Positions 1-13,089 of a DNA stretch of 64,000 nucleotides are shown piece by piece. The position numbers and the translations under genes are program-made. Source of the DNA: Mobula hypostoma. Its lineage: Eukaryota. A model generated the notes under the pieces. That model was not told where the DNA came from. It did no database searches and saw only the letters and a list, made by a program, of their open reading frames with translations. Within the stretch, counting starts at the first letter, position 1. Each line of letters opens with the position of its first letter. Location: NCBI RefSeq assembly GCF_963921235.1, contig NC_086097.1:158846001-158910000 (forward strand), given 5' to 3'.

Positions 1-302
1 TAGTAAGAATGGCCTGTACTCTCTGGACATGAGAAGAAAGATTGGCGATCTTATTGAAACAGAGAGCAGATCATTTTTAACATGTTCTTGCAACTGTCAT
101 GCAAACAAAACAACAACCAGTGTTCATGAAGGATGGGCCAACAGGCAGCAATGAAAATAAAAAATGGTTATGCTTTGGTTGGGAGACAATTGAAAGCTCT
201 GTCTCTAGGTGCATCCATTGCCATACGTAAATGATGTCACTTAACCTTTTACATTCAGTGGTCACATTGGATGTGGATCACATACCTCATTGACAAGAGA
301 AT

Positions 303-1368
303 GTTCAAAGGTTCATTTTATTTCCAAAGTATGTACACAGAATACAACTCTGAGATATGTCTTCTTCAGATAACCATGAAATACAGATAAAACATGGAAG
401 TCATTGAAAGCAAAGACATCAGTATCCCCCCGACATACACACAAAAAAGAAGCAGAAACAGAACTCGCAAACCCCAAACCCTCAAACCTCTCCCTTGCAC
501 AAAAACTGACAGATCGCCCTCCGAACTCAGTGGTGGAAACATCAAATCCTAACCCCGACAAGCCCCTCCCACACAAAAAAACAACGGCAATAACATCAAA
601 CCCCCAACCTCTCTCGTACACAAAAATCTAACAGATTGCTCACGCAGAAAAACACTAACTAATACATCAGACCTCAAATCCCCAATCTCTCCTTTGCCCA
701 AAAAAGTAACATAATTACCAACACTCCAATTGACAACAAGAAAGAAAATGGAAAAAAAATGAAGGAGACCAATATAAACTACAGTCCATACCAGTAAACA
801 CGTGTATCTTGGAACTTTGAAAACAACCTCCATCAGCATCAAGGAGAATGACAACTCAAACTCGGTCCTTCTGTGGGTAACGACCACCAACCTGCAGCTA
901 TTCCACCTCCTGCCCAACCTGTGAAGAGCACCCTCCGGCCCGATGCCGCCCCCCCCCCCCACCCCCACCACAACCGACCGCCAGCCCAGCCCGGCCGCCC
1001 AAACTCCTGTCTGACCCGCACACCTGACCTCTGGACCAATGCAGCCTCTCGACCTTCATCCCAACCCGTGGAAAGCGACCACCGACCCAGCCTACTCTGC
1101 ATTCAACTGGATGTTGCAATTTTCCTCAATGCTCAAATCGGCAAGAAATTGAGCCGATCATGGCCCCCCGCGCCTCGTCTCTGATCTCCTGTTCGGGACA
1201 ACTCATGTTGGTGATTGTTTCCTGGAATTTTCATGGGGACAGCAGAGCGCCAGATCACTAGTTTGAACTCCAAACTGTAAGTCACCGTCTCCAATAGTCT
1301 CCAGAGCACAATTAAGATAAAAAGAATAAGTAAAATGCATGGTATTTCAGAAAAATGAAATAATTGAC
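303..1368 (-). mobile_element. Non-coding retroelement remnant with a Rex1/Babar-like 3' tail; interrupted by the Tigger element and probably continuing to about 3030
   Basis: Begins GTTCAAAGGTTCATTTTATTTCCAAAGTATGTACACAGAATACAACTCTGAGAT. This is the reverse complement of the type of 3' end seen on Rex/Babar fragments here (e.g. 55990-56070, 60410-60480). Layout resembles 50568-51385. No RT coding seen. Confidence 0.45.
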
Positions 1369-1370
1369 TA

Positions 1371-2984
1371 CAGGTGTCCCCTGCTTTTCGAACATTCGCT
1401 TTACAAAACCTCACTGTTACGAAAGACCTACATTAGTACCCTGTTTTCGCTTTCAGGTGTTTTCACTGTTATGAAAAAAATCAGTGCGCGATAAAAAGCC
1501 GCGCACGCCCCGAGCAGCCGCGCTCCCCCAGATTCGGAATGGCATTGCTTTAACACTTTGCATTGAGCAGCCGTTTGCAAAATGAGTTCTGAGGTATTGG
1601 AAAAGCCTGAAAGAGCTCGTACGGGTGTTACATTTAGCGTAAAACTAGGCATAATTAAGCGTTTTGATCGTGGTGAACGAAATAAGGACAAAGTGAGTTT
1701 GACTTGTGGAAGCTGACGAAGATGATGTTGAAGAGGTTTTGGCATCCCATGACCAAGAGCTGATAGATGAAGAGCTGATGCAATTGGAAGAGGAAAGGAT
1801 AACAATCGAAACCGAATGCAGTAGCTTAATGAACGTGAAGCCACTGCGTGAGATTTTCGCTGCAATGATAAAGTACGACTTTAATTTTGAAAGGGTATGT
1901 CGGTTTAGGGGATATTTGCAAGATGGTTTCAGTCCTTACAAAGAACTGTATGATAGAAAAATGCGCGATGCTCAGCAGTCAAGCAAGCCTTCCACATCAG
2001 CCACAGCAGACAACGAACCCCGACCTTCTGACATCGAGGCGGGCAGTCATAGGAGAAGATGAGCCGCCTGCTGTAATGGAAACACGAGGACGAGATAACA
2101 CCCCAGTGTCCCACCACCCCAACACCCAGGCCGCGGACAGATACAGTACCGATTCACGGAGAATGCAGCAGTAGCCGGGAGAGACACAGCACCCTTTAAG
2201 AAAAAAGCAGAAATAACATGCTAATTAATTAGGTGCCGCCCTACACGTAAATGTCAGCCCAGATCAGAGGCGATGCAATCAGAAATCGGCACTGATCTGA
2301 GCCAACAATTACGTGTTGGGCGGCACCCAATTAATTAGCATGTTTATTTCGGCTTTTTTCTTAAATATGTGCTGTGTGCCTCCCGGCTACCGCTGGACTC
2401 CTGCGTGCCTCGTGGCAATGTATTGGTCGGCGGCCTGGAGGGTGGGGGCCACTGCACCACCCAACCTGCGACGACTCAGTCTAACACACCATCATCAGTG
2501 TGCTTGGCAAGCTGTCTTCCCGATTCCGGTAAGTGATACTACACTGTGCATACATTATTTCTCTTTATATCGGCTGTGTATTTTTACGTGTTATTTGGTA
2601 TGATTTGGCAGTTTCATAGCTTAAAGGTTACTGGAGAGCGCTTGCGTCATGTTTCTGCGGAGAGCGCTTGCGTGAGATTTTCTGCTGACGGCGCTTGCGT
2701 GAGATTTTCGCTTCGACGAACAGTGCCGGCAATGATTCTGAAAAAGTGTTTTTACTTTATATAGGCTGTGTATTAATCATATCATTCCTGCTTTTACTAT
2801 ATGTTACTGTTATTTTAGGTTTTATGTGTTATTTGGCATGATTTGGTAGGTTATTTTTGGGTCTGCGAACGCTCACAAATTTTTCTCATATAAATAAATG
2901 GTAATTGCTTCTTCACTTTACGACATTTCGGCTTACGAACCGTTTCATAGGAACGCTGTACCTTCGGATGGCAGGGGAAACCTG
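1371..2984 (+). mobile_element. Tigger/pogo DNA transposon, internally deleted non-autonomous copy
   Basis: TA at 1369-1370 and 2985-2986. Imperfect TIRs CAGGTGTCCCCTGC...GCAGGGGAAACCTG. N-terminal CENP-B-type HTH remnant from 1582 (MSSEVLEKPERARTGVTFSVKLGIIKRFDRGERNKD) is joined to an acidic C-terminal remnant (EADEDDVEEVLASHDQELIDEELMQLEEER). The DDE core is absent. Confidence 0.85.
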
Positions 2985-3154
2985 TATCTGCAAGATGTTG
3001 CCTGAGGAATTGTTGTATCCCTTCTGTACTACTCTGAAGTTATGGAAACGTGAACCAGTGCAGCACAGGAACGGCCCCTACACCCCCATGTGGACCATCA
3101 TGCCAAGCTAACTGATCCCTTATGCCTGCACATGGCTGACATCCTTCTATTTAT

Positions 3155-3418
3155 TATTTAGGGTTACAGCACAGAGTCCGCCCTTCGAGCCACGCCACCC
3201 CAGCAATCCCACAACCCCACAACCCCGAATAATCCTAACCTAGTCATAGGACAATTTACAATGACCGCTTAAACAGCCCAGTACACCTTTGGACTTGTGT
3301 GAAGAAACTGGAAGACTCGGGGAAAACCCACTGGGAGGATGTAGAGATTGCCGACAGAACGGCGCCAGAATTGAACTCGGAACTCCAGTTCACCCTGAGC
3401 TGTAATAGCGTCATGCCC
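3155..3418 (-). mobile_element. tRNA-derived V-SINE-like element
   Basis: Reverse complement contains GCATGACGCTATTACAGCTC (tRNA-like head) and GTGGGTTTTCCCCGAG...CCAAAG (V-domain-like), similar to 13090-13325. Confidence 0.55.
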
Positions 3419-3956
3419 ATGATATTCTCTGCCTCTTCATGTACCTGTCTAATCCCTGTTAAAGTCTTTATAGTTATTTCGGTGAATTCTGATACATATG
3501 CTGAGATATGAAAGGAGTGGGTGGTGACAATGTGTTTAAAGTTGTTGCTTTATGACACTGAGTGGCATTGTCTAGTGTCATCTATTTGTCTCCGCTAAGT
3601 CCTAATGTAACAGTTTATTTCTTTTTCCCAATCTGTAAAATATTCTGTCCCTTCTGAAGCAGTCATATTCACCATATTTTTTTCTTGCCAAATTTATTTT
3701 GGATAGATTTTCACATACCCATATGGGTGAAAAACTGATAGATTGGATCATCTGTCAGCTTCGAATTCATTAGAAGCATGATCATCCGGTTATGAGTAGT
3801 CTATTTAGTTCAGTTATCACCCAGGCTGATTATGTCCAGATTGTGTTTGAAGGTTTGTTTCTTAATAAGTAAAATTCTGTCATTTTCAATGAATAATATA
3901 TATCCACTGAAATTTAAAGATATAAACAAGATTTAATGTGCATTCTTAACCTCCAA

Positions 3957-4096
3957 ATTGTTGAATGGAACCAGACCACTGGCTTTCCTTTTGCATTACC
4001 CACGATTAATAAAACAGGATGTGCTTGAAAACATTAAACATTTTGCCCATCACTGGTTGATATCCATGCTGTGTGGATACCAGTAAATTATATCCT
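3957..4096 (+). repeat. 140-bp segment duplicated at 4571-4710
   Basis: ATTGTTGAATGG...ATTATATCCT occurs twice; 2 mismatches on manual comparison. Confidence 0.95.
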
Positions 4097-4708
4097 TTCA
4101 ATATCTGGGTTGTTAATAGTTAATATTAAAGGATATAAAAATTTCAGACTGCATTACAGTGTTTTCTAGCCAATAGTGGCAGGAAATTATTTACCTAGTA
4201 GCAGTTACACCATTTTGAATAAGATTCTTCAGCACCTTCAGTGGAAAGTTTGAAAGTTGACCAGCTTTAAAATATTTCCAAAAACAAAATGCGTTAGCTA
4301 TTTGAGATATCTTACAAACAGGAACACTGAAAATTCTCCACAGATCAGGCAGCATCACTGATGAAGAAAGGTCATTGACCTGTTTTTATCTCCGCAAGTG
4401 CTGGCCTGATATGGTTGAGCTCTAATATAAAGTCAAAGTCAACTTTATTGTCACCTGCACAAGTACATGTATGTAGAGGGGCAATAAAAATAACTTGCAG
4501 CAGTATTAGAGGCAAATAGCATCATCTCGGCAGCATTCACACGAAGAATTAAATTAAACATAAGTTATACATTGTTGAATGGAACCAAACCACTGGCTTT
4601 CCTTTTGCATTACCCACGATTAATAAAACAGGATGTGCTTGAAAACATTAAACATTTTGCCTATCACTGGTTGATATCCATGCTGTGTGGATACCAGTAA
4701 ATTATATC

Positions 4709-5482
4709 CTGAGCAGAATTATCTGCAGCTTAATGTGAAAAAGACTAAGGAGCTGGTGGTAGACCTGAGGAGAGCTAAGGTACCGGTGGCCCCTGTTTCC
4801 ATCCAGGGGGTCAGTGTGGACATGGTGGAGGATTACAAATACCTGGGGATACGAATTGACAATAAACTGGACTGGTCAAAGAACACTGAGGCTGTCTACA
4901 AGAAGGGTCAGAGCTGTCTCTATTTCCTGAGGAGACTGAGGTCCTTTAACATCTGCCGGACGATGCTGAGGATGTTCTAAGAGTCTGTGGTGGCCAGTGC
5001 TATCATGTTTGCTGTTGTGTGCTGGGGCAGCAGGCTGAGGGTAGCAGACACCAACAGAATCAACAAGCTCATTCATAAGGCCAGTGATGTTGTGGGGATG
5101 GAACTGGACTCTCTCACGGTGGTGTCTGAAAAGAGGATGCTGTCGAAGTTGCATGCCATCTTGGTCAATGTCTCCCATCCACTACATAATGTACTGGGTG
5201 GGCACAGGAGGACATTCAGCCAGAGACTCATTCCACCGAGATGCAGCACAGAGCGTCATAGGAAGTCATTCCTGCCTGTGGCCATCAAACTTTACAACTC
5301 CTCCCTTGGAGGGTCTGACACCCTGAGCCAATAGGCTGGTCCTGGATTTATTTCATAATTTACTGGCATAATTTACATATTACTATTTAACTATTTATAG
5401 TTCTATTACTATTTATTATTTATGGAGCAACTGTAACGAAAACCAATTTCCCCCGGGATTAATAAAGTATGACTATGACTAT
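4709..5482 (+). mobile_element. Rex1/Babar-type LINE, 5'-truncated 3' portion
   Basis: Encodes EQNYLQLNVKKTKELVVDLRR...YKYLGIRIDNKLDWSKNT...YFLRRLRSF with one in-frame stop. Ends AATAAAGTATGACTATGACTAT. TATACA flanks the whole insertion (4566-4571, 5480-5485). Near-identical to 33208-34174. Confidence 0.9.
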
Positions 5483-6164
5483 ACAAAATTTGTACAAGGC
5501 CACAAACAAAAAAAACATGAAGTGTAAAGTGATGAAAGTGTTCATAATGTTGCTAAACCATAGTGATACAGTTTTACCATTTGGTTCAAGAACCAAAAGA
5601 CTGAAGGGAAGTAACTGTTCTTGAGCCTGGTTTTGTTGGCATCAGAAGCTCTTGCCCGATGGCAGCTGCAAGAAGATAGCTGCCTTCAGGCAAGCTGAGG
5701 TGGTGGGGATTGTGGATTGTGGATGCTACCAGTGTTGGGGAGGAGTATGCTATGATGTATTGTGCGGAGCCCTCTAATCTTTACTGCTTCTTATGTTCGT
5801 ATATGTTTGAAATAATTTGTGTCTGTAAGGACTGGTGTTCATACATAGACTCAATTCTCTGAGATGTTTTCTGTTTATGATCTAGCCCCCTTGAAACATT
5901 GAAAAAATGAAATAGAAGAGTGGCTGGCAAATAAATCCGTATTTATTTTGCAAATTAAGTGGTTTTTAATATTGAGTATCTTATAAAAAAGGATACTGCC
6001 AAACCACAAAGATATTCAGGCATTCTATAAATGTAAACATCAGTCCACCATTTAGTCTTACCCCAAATCTCACAGATGCTGAGTAAGTTGAAAAAACATG
6101 TGAGAGAAGGGAAGACGGTTCAGGAACCGGGCCTATCGTGCTAAGAAATGAAGTATAATACATG

Positions 6165-7540
6165 ATACCATAAGAGATCGGAGAAGAATTAGGCCATCAA
6201 GTCTGCTCCACCATTCAATCGTGGCTGATCCTTACTCCTCTGTCATACCACTGTAATTTCCTTTACTCCACTAAAATACTGCTACATCAGACCTTATTTT
6301 CCCCCCATCAAATTTCAAGTTGAACTCAGTCATATTGTGCTCACTGCCTCCTAATGGTTCTTTTACTTTAAGATCTATAATCTCCTCCGGTTCATTACAT
6401 AACACCCAATCCAGTATAGCTAATGCCCTGGTACGTTCATTAACAAACTGCTCTAAAAAGCCACCTTGTACGCATTTAACAAACTCACTCTCTTGAGATC
6501 CATTACCAACCTGATTTACCCAATCAGCGTGCAAGTTGAAATCTCCCAAGACTATCATAACATTGCCCTTTTGACACACCTTTTCTATTTCCTGTTGTAA
6601 TCTGTGGTCCACATCCAGCTACTGTTGGGAGACCTGTATTTTTAACTGCCATCAGGGTCCATTTACCCTTGCAATTTTTTTAACTCAACCCACAAGGATT
6701 CAACATCTTCTGATCCTGTATCACACATTTCTCCTAATTTGATGCCAGTTCTTTACCAGCAGAGCCATACCATCCCCTCTGTGTACCTTCATATCTCTCC
6801 GATACAACGTGTAACCTTGGACATTCAGCTTCCAAGTACAACCATCCTTAAGTCACAATTCAGTGATGGCCTCAACATCATACCTGACAATCTGTAATAT
6901 TGAAACAAGATCATCCATCTTATTTCTTATATTCCATGCACTGAGATAGACCCTTTTTGATTTTGCATCCCTAATACACTTACCCTGCTGGCTGCAATTT
7001 TGTCCTATCATTTGCCTGCCCTTCCTGACAGTATGTCTTTGCTTTTTTACCATTTGTCCTACCCTGAGTTCCTTCACTCTGGTTTCCACCACCTGCCAAA
7101 TTAGTTTAAACCCTCCCCAACAGCTCTAACAAACCTGTCCACAAGAATATTGGTCCCCCCTCAGTTTCAGGTGCAACCTATCACTTTTGAACAGGTCATA
7201 CCTCCCTCAGAAGAGATCCCAATGATCCAAGAACCTGAAGCCCTGCCCCCTGCATCAGCCTCTCAGCCACACATTAATCTGCCAAATCATCCTGTTTCTA
7301 CCCTCACTGGCGTGTGGCACAGTCAGCCATCCAGAAATTACTACCCTGGAGTTCCTGCTTCTCAGCTTTCTACCTAGCTCTCTAAATTCTCTTCTCAGGA
7401 CCTCTTTGCTTTTCCTTCCTATGTCATTGGTACTAATATGTACCAAGACACCTGGCTGCTCTCCCTCCTTCTCCAGAATGCTGTGGATGCAATCTGAGAC
7501 ATCCCTGATCCTACCCTGGCATCAGGGAGGCAACATGCCA
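6165..7540 (-). mobile_element. CR1 LINE, internally deleted (ORF1 esterase and endonuclease remnants joined to the 3' UTR)
   Basis: ORF1 SGNH-like VHISTNDIGRKSKEVL (7255-7446). APE endonuclease motifs VLGDFN, ILDWVLCNE and EPLGGSEH (6271-6612). Jumps to a CR1 3' tail near 6240. Confidence 0.85.
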
Positions 7541-8480
7541 TTCTTTATTCCCCATACTAGACTAAGGACGCTCGGTCGATCTGTGTGAAATTGTGTTCTG
7601 CGCTCATCAGTGATCTTGTAGCAAATGGAATCAGACATTCAGATCCATCTTTCATAGTGTGTGACAAAATGGCATCACTGCCATAAGGGGATGCATCGCA
7701 CACCAGACTGATAGGCAGTGATGGGTCATAATGGGTGAGCAGTTCATCAGACGTTATTAGTCCCTTTGTTTTCTTGAATGCTTTTTCAAATCTTTCTGAC
7801 CATTCCCACTTAGCTCTTGTTGGTAAATATGTCAACTATTACCAGTAGTTTAGGGCTCAAATGATTTTGTAAAATTGTTACAATTTCTTCAAAGATCTTG
7901 TTTGCTGATTTTTCAGAGGTTGCTAAGTTGTGTAAGAGACTGTACATTCTTGGGCCCATTATGCTAAGAAGTGCAGGGGCTTTCTCTTGCTCTTACATGT
8001 TGTTCATATTACAATGCAATTGAACCCCCTCTGTATATGACACCCAGCAATAATTAGCGCTATCAAATTTGTCAGCTTTCCCAATTTAAGCCATAGCCAC
8101 ATTATTTTCACTTTAAATTCATCGCTTCTTTCACTGTTACTATGCACTGTACAACCTTTGTTAGTGTCTGTGACGGCCTTCTCTGTGGTGTTTAACTCTT
8201 GCTGTTTCGTCCCATAAGCGTGCTGTAACTTTCATTGCAGTTTGTGATATTTTCTGACATTTAGGTACGTACTTGTCACCAATTTGTTGTGTCTGTGCAC
8301 AATGACAAATCAATTAAATGAAAGCATGCATGCAGGAGATGGCTTTAATTGGTGTGTTCACATTGCAGCGAGAGAGAGCGAATTCATATGCATAGACAAC
8401 AGCGCATGCGCAGACGACATATGTAGTAATAATGGAGCATGTCATTGCTCTAAAAAAATATATCCATACATTACATTATA
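7541..8480 (-). mobile_element. Mag-like Ty3/gypsy LTR retrotransposon remnant (5' LTR, PBS, gag N-terminus, RNase H)
   Basis: RNase H-region peptide LTHYDPSLPISLVCDASPYG...FATRSL (7557-7835). Decayed gag N-terminus about 7845-8100 (ALLSIMGPRMYSLLHNL). CpG-decayed PBS CTTGTCACCA at 8272-8281, then an LTR edge TGTTGTG at 8285, the same layout as the element at 41077. Confidence 0.75.
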
Positions 8481-9469
8481 AATGCATTTTTTTTTCAATT
8501 TTTGGAAGCACCTGGTTACCCAACAAGTGAAAGTGCATTGTAATCGGGGTAATTATTCTACTTTAAATCAAATACAGTAGAGCAGAGTTTTCAGGAAATC
8601 TTAGTGTTTATAAAACACTCTTTGTAACATTTAAAATAAGGCATTGTACACATTGAACAACTTATGTTGATCCCTTCTTTGTCTTTGGATGAATTCCTTG
8701 GTGTTACCCAAGGACTAAGTAAATTCCATTCACTGTCAAAATTACAGTTGCCTGCAGACTTTAGAGATGAATTTGGTCTCTTTCCAACTCTGCACAGGGA
8801 GTTGTGATTGTGAATGAGACTAGAACTGTAGATGTAAAAGGTCTTTAGCTTTTTTTAATTTCAGAAGTAAACTTTATTCACAAAAAATATACATACAAGC
8901 ATACAAAAAGCAGTGCATGGCCTTCTTTGCAATCGTAGTGTTGCTCAGTCTACACTTTCATCGTGGACTCTCGTTCTTCCCCACAAAACTTTGTGTTGGC
9001 TTCATAAAACTTTTGCCTAAGCTAGTCCTATTTATCCCTCAGAACCATTTCCATCCATGTACTAGTCCAAATGTCATTGTAGCTGTACCTGCCTCTACCA
9101 CTTCCTCTGGCAGGTCATTTTATTTACCCATCACCTATGTGAAAAACCTGCTCCCCAGATTCCTCTGAATATTACCTCTCTCACTTTAAATCTTTGCCTT
9201 GAGTTTTAGACTCCTCTACCCTGAGAAAAAAATCAGTGACCATTGAATCTAGATAGACCCCTCTTAATTTTATAAATCTTATAAGGTCACCTTTAGCTAC
9301 TCTGCTCCAGGGAAAACAGTCTCAATGTATCCAATCTTTCCTTAGAGCTCAAGCTCTCAGAGTCCCAGCAATATCTTAGTGCATATCACCTCCTTTTACC
9401 ACACTGACCAGAAATTCCCACAATACTCCAAGTGTGATCAAACCAACATTTTGTACAATTGTGATAGGG

Positions 9470-9900
9470 AGAACATAACTGCAGCTGTGAAGATCCCTGC
9501 TGCATCCGGTGACACTGTGATCTCCGTTTTGGAGGCCGATGTTAGACTGTCTTTAAGGAGGGTGAACCCTTGCAAGGTGGCATGCCCTGATGGAGTACCT
9601 GGTAAGGCTCTGAATACTTGTGCCAACCAACTGGCGGGAGTATTCAAGGGCATTTCCAACTTCTCACTGCTACGGTTGGAAGTTCCCACCTACTTCAAAA
9701 AGGCAACAATTATACCATTGTCTAAGAAGAGTATTGTGGGAAGCCTTAATGACTATCACTCAGTAGCACTCACATCTACGGTGATGAAATGCTTTGAGAG
9801 GTTGGCCATGACAAGGTTGAACTCCTGCCTCAGCAAGGACCTGGACCCACTGCCATTTACCTATTGCCACAATAGGTCTACAGCAGACCCAATCTCAGTG
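9470..9900 (+). mobile_element. Rex1/Babar-type LINE RT N-terminal fragment
   Basis: ACPDGVPGKALNTCANQLAGVF...VALTSTVMKCFERL...YCHNRSTAD. Confidence 0.8.
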
Positions 9901-10520
9901 GCCATGGATGGACATATCGAAATGGGAATAGGAAGTGGAAATAAAATGGGTTTAATTCCACTTTAATTTCCCATTTTAATTTCATTTCCCAATGCCATTC
10001 TGATATGTCCGTCCATGGCCTCCTCCACAGTCGTGATGAAGCCACACTTAGGTTGGAGGAACAACATCTTATATTCCGTCTGAGTAGCCTCCAGCCTGAT
10101 GGCATGAACATCGATTTCTTAAACTTCTGGTAATACTCCCACCCCTTCCCTCTTCACCATTTCCCATCCCCTTTTCCCTCTCTCACCTTATCTCCTTGCC
10201 TGCCCATCGCCTTCCTCCGGTGCTCCTCCCCCCTTTTCTTTCTTCCATGGCCTTCTGTTTCTTTCACCAATCAACTTCCCAGCTCTTTACTTCATCCCTC
10301 CCCCTTCAGGTTTCACCTATCACCTGGTGGTTCTCTCTCCCCTCCCTCCACCTTTCAAATCTACTCCTCAGCTTTTTTTCTCCAGTCCTGCTGAAGAGTT
10401 TCGGCCCAAAATGTTGACTGTACTCTTTTCCGTAGATGCTGCCTGGCGTGCTGAGTCTTCCAGCGTTTTGTGTGTGTTGCTCAGATTACCAGCTTCTGCA
10501 GATTTTCTCTTGTTTGTGAT
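9900..10520 (+). mobile_element. Penelope-like element 3' fragment with a short inverted 5' duplication
   Basis: GIY-YIG C-terminal coding remnant (MSVHGLLHSRDEATLRLEEQHLIFRLSSLQPDGMNIDF), pyrimidine-rich UTR, and a decayed hammerhead at about 10383-10420. 9900-9951 is an inverted copy of about 9969-10020. Confidence 0.8.
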
Positions 10521-10795
10521 TGTCTTTGAGTGAATTGATGATGTTCCAACAGCACTTGATGTTTGTCTTGAAACACCCCAATCTGCAACAGCAACACACT
10601 AACTACTGCGCTACTGTGGCACCCAGAGGTGACACTGGAATAATTTCTTGTAACTTTCAATGTAATTTTCCTCTCTTCATTTTTAATCTGTCTCTCTGTC
10701 AGAAGAGATTATAATGGCTTGGTATATTTCCAGCTGTGGGAGTGACCATGCATTAGTTGTTTGACTTGTACATTTCCTAAAGATTCTTCACATAC

Positions 10796-10907
10796 TTTCT
10801 GGAATAAAGACAGCAGGATGAAGCAATCTCCTTCCATGAGCAGCAGAAGCCGATAAGAAAGGTTAGCTTTATCCTTCCAATTTTCCACTTCTGCAGACAA
10901 GCCATAC
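10796..10907 (-). CDS. Candidate host-gene exon (YGLSAEVENWKDKANLSYRLLLLMEGDCFILLSLFQK)
   Basis: Non-repeat sequence. Acceptor CTGTTCCACCCCAGTAG and donor AAA|GTATGT, with an open frame from phase 2 to phase 0. Gene not recognised. Confidence 0.25.
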
Positions 10908-10941
10908 CTACTGGGGTGGAACAGTGACACAATAGGTAGTG

Positions 10942-11520
10942 CCAGAAAAGGCGGGATCTCCCAGCGGCCACCCATTTTAATTCCACTTCCCATTCCCATT
11001 CTGACATGTTAATCCATGGTCTCCTCTACTGTCGTGATGAGGCCACACTCAGTTTGGAGGAGCAACACCTTATATTCTGTCTGTGTAGCCTCCAACCTGA
11101 TGGCATGAACATCGATTTCTCAAACTTCCAGTAATGGCCACCCCACCCCCTTCTCCATTCCCCTTCCCCTTTTCCCTCTCTCACCTTATCTCCTTGCCTG
11201 CCCATCACCTTTCTCTGGTGCTTCTCCGCCCTTTTTCTTTCTTCCATGGCCTTCTGTCCTCTCCTATTAGATCCCCGCTTCTGCAGCCCTGTATCCCTTT
11301 CCTCAAACAAATTTCAAGTTCTTTACTTCACCCCTCCCCCACCCCAGTTTCAGCTATCACCTTGTGTTTCTTCCTCCCCTCCCCCCCACCTTCTAACACT
11401 GACTCCTCATCTTTTTTTCACCAGACCTGAGGAAGGTCTTGGCCTGGAAAGTCAACTATACCCTTTTCCATAGATGCTGCCTGGCCTGCTGAGTTCCTCC
11501 ATCATTTTGTGTGTGTTGCT
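10942..11520 (+). mobile_element. Penelope-like element 3' fragment with a 16-bp TSD
   Basis: Encodes HFNSTSHSHSDMLIHGLLYCRDEATLSLEEQHLIF. Flanked by GACACAATAGGTAGTG (10926-10941) and GATACAATAGGTAATG (11521-11536). Confidence 0.85.
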
Positions 11521-13089
11521 GATACAATAGGTAATGTTGCTGCCTCAGTGACCTGACTTTGATTTCGCCCTCTGTTGCTGTCTGTCAAGCTTGTGTTCTC
11601 CTTTCAACTGCATTGGTCCATGGGTTTCCTGCCCCATTCTAAAGACATGCTGTTTGGTAAGCTATTGTCTATTTAAGTCATCCTAGGTGTGTGTCAGAGA
11701 AATAAGGTGACCATGCACATATGAGAGAGAATATATTACTGGAAAATAAGTGGAAGAATGGAATTGATGGGATTGTTCTGAGAGCAGGCATAAACTTGAA
11801 AGATAATATGAAAAATGATATGGGAAATGTTGAGTTGATGAACGTTATTGGACTACTTTTAAGCCTATTTTAGTAATCTAAGCTAGGAAAGACCATGGAA
11901 TGTTTAACAGCTGAATGCCTACTCACGAATGTGAAGGATGCATTGGAGCGATTCTACTTCCATTACTGTTGTCCAGTCTAAGCATCTAATCATAGAGTAC
12001 TATCTCTCAGAAACTGAAACAGACCCTTCAGCTCACCATGTCCACATCAACCTTCAAGTGCCTATCTGTAACGAATACAATTTACCATCTCCTACTCTGC
12101 CTTGATGATTCAAGTGTTTATACATTATAACTATTCACAATTTTTATGAGAGTACTTGCCTCCACCACCTATTCAGACAGTGTACTTCAACCATACTTTG
12201 GGTAGAAGTAGTCTTTGTTTAATACCCTCTTAACCTTTACTCCTCAACGTAAATATCTGGACTTGCACACCACTACTTTGGGGAAGAGTTTCTGACTATT
12301 ATTCCTATCTATGCTTCTCATAATTTTGTTTATTGCCATTAAATCCTCACTGAGTCTCCTCTGCTCAAGGGAAAACAAACCCATTCATACAATATTTTAC
12401 ATTTAAGTATTCAGTACTGTATACTTCATATTCGTATATTACATCCTCATACTTCCATAGAGCATATTTTCTTTAAATATAAAACCATAATTTCTCTTAT
12501 ATCTATAACACCTCTATGAAATAAATTAAACTTATTGTATAATTGAACAGTCCTGGTAATACCAACAGGACAACAGATGTAAAAATATGAGAGCTCATCC
12601 TCCTTGAAAAATAATAAATAACGGCAGGATTCTGTTTCATATCCTGTTATCTTACAGTAACAGCACACTCAGGAGGTTTTGCATCTGATTTAATTGATAT
12701 TCACAAAGAAAGTGAGAATATTCATTCCTTTTTCACATCAAATCACCATCATCAGTACCAAAATTAATTTAGATTCAGGGACTTGCAAAGATATAATTGG
12801 ATGCTTTATAGTTTAAAATCTATTCAAACTTTCAGGTGCTATCACTATTTTTGTTTGAATTTCAAATATGTACTTAAAACCCATGTCAGTTCTGGATAAT
12901 TAAACATTCGATGTTGCTTCAATGCAGTGGAATAGGAGGGAGCTATTGGACTATGCTGTTTGCTAGGCTGATAAACTTTGCCTTTAAAGAGTAAATTAGA
13001 GCATGCAGGAACATGCTGCCAAATGATGCTGAGGTAAAATATCAGTAATAATGCTGAAGAATGGTGGCATAGCGCACGGGAGAAAATCA

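Noticed and set aside
2630..2712. Short repeats GCGCTTGCGTGAGATTTT as a CRISPR-like array
   Set aside because: Only three near-adjacent subterminal units within the Tigger element, with no spacers, no cas genes and a eukaryotic context.
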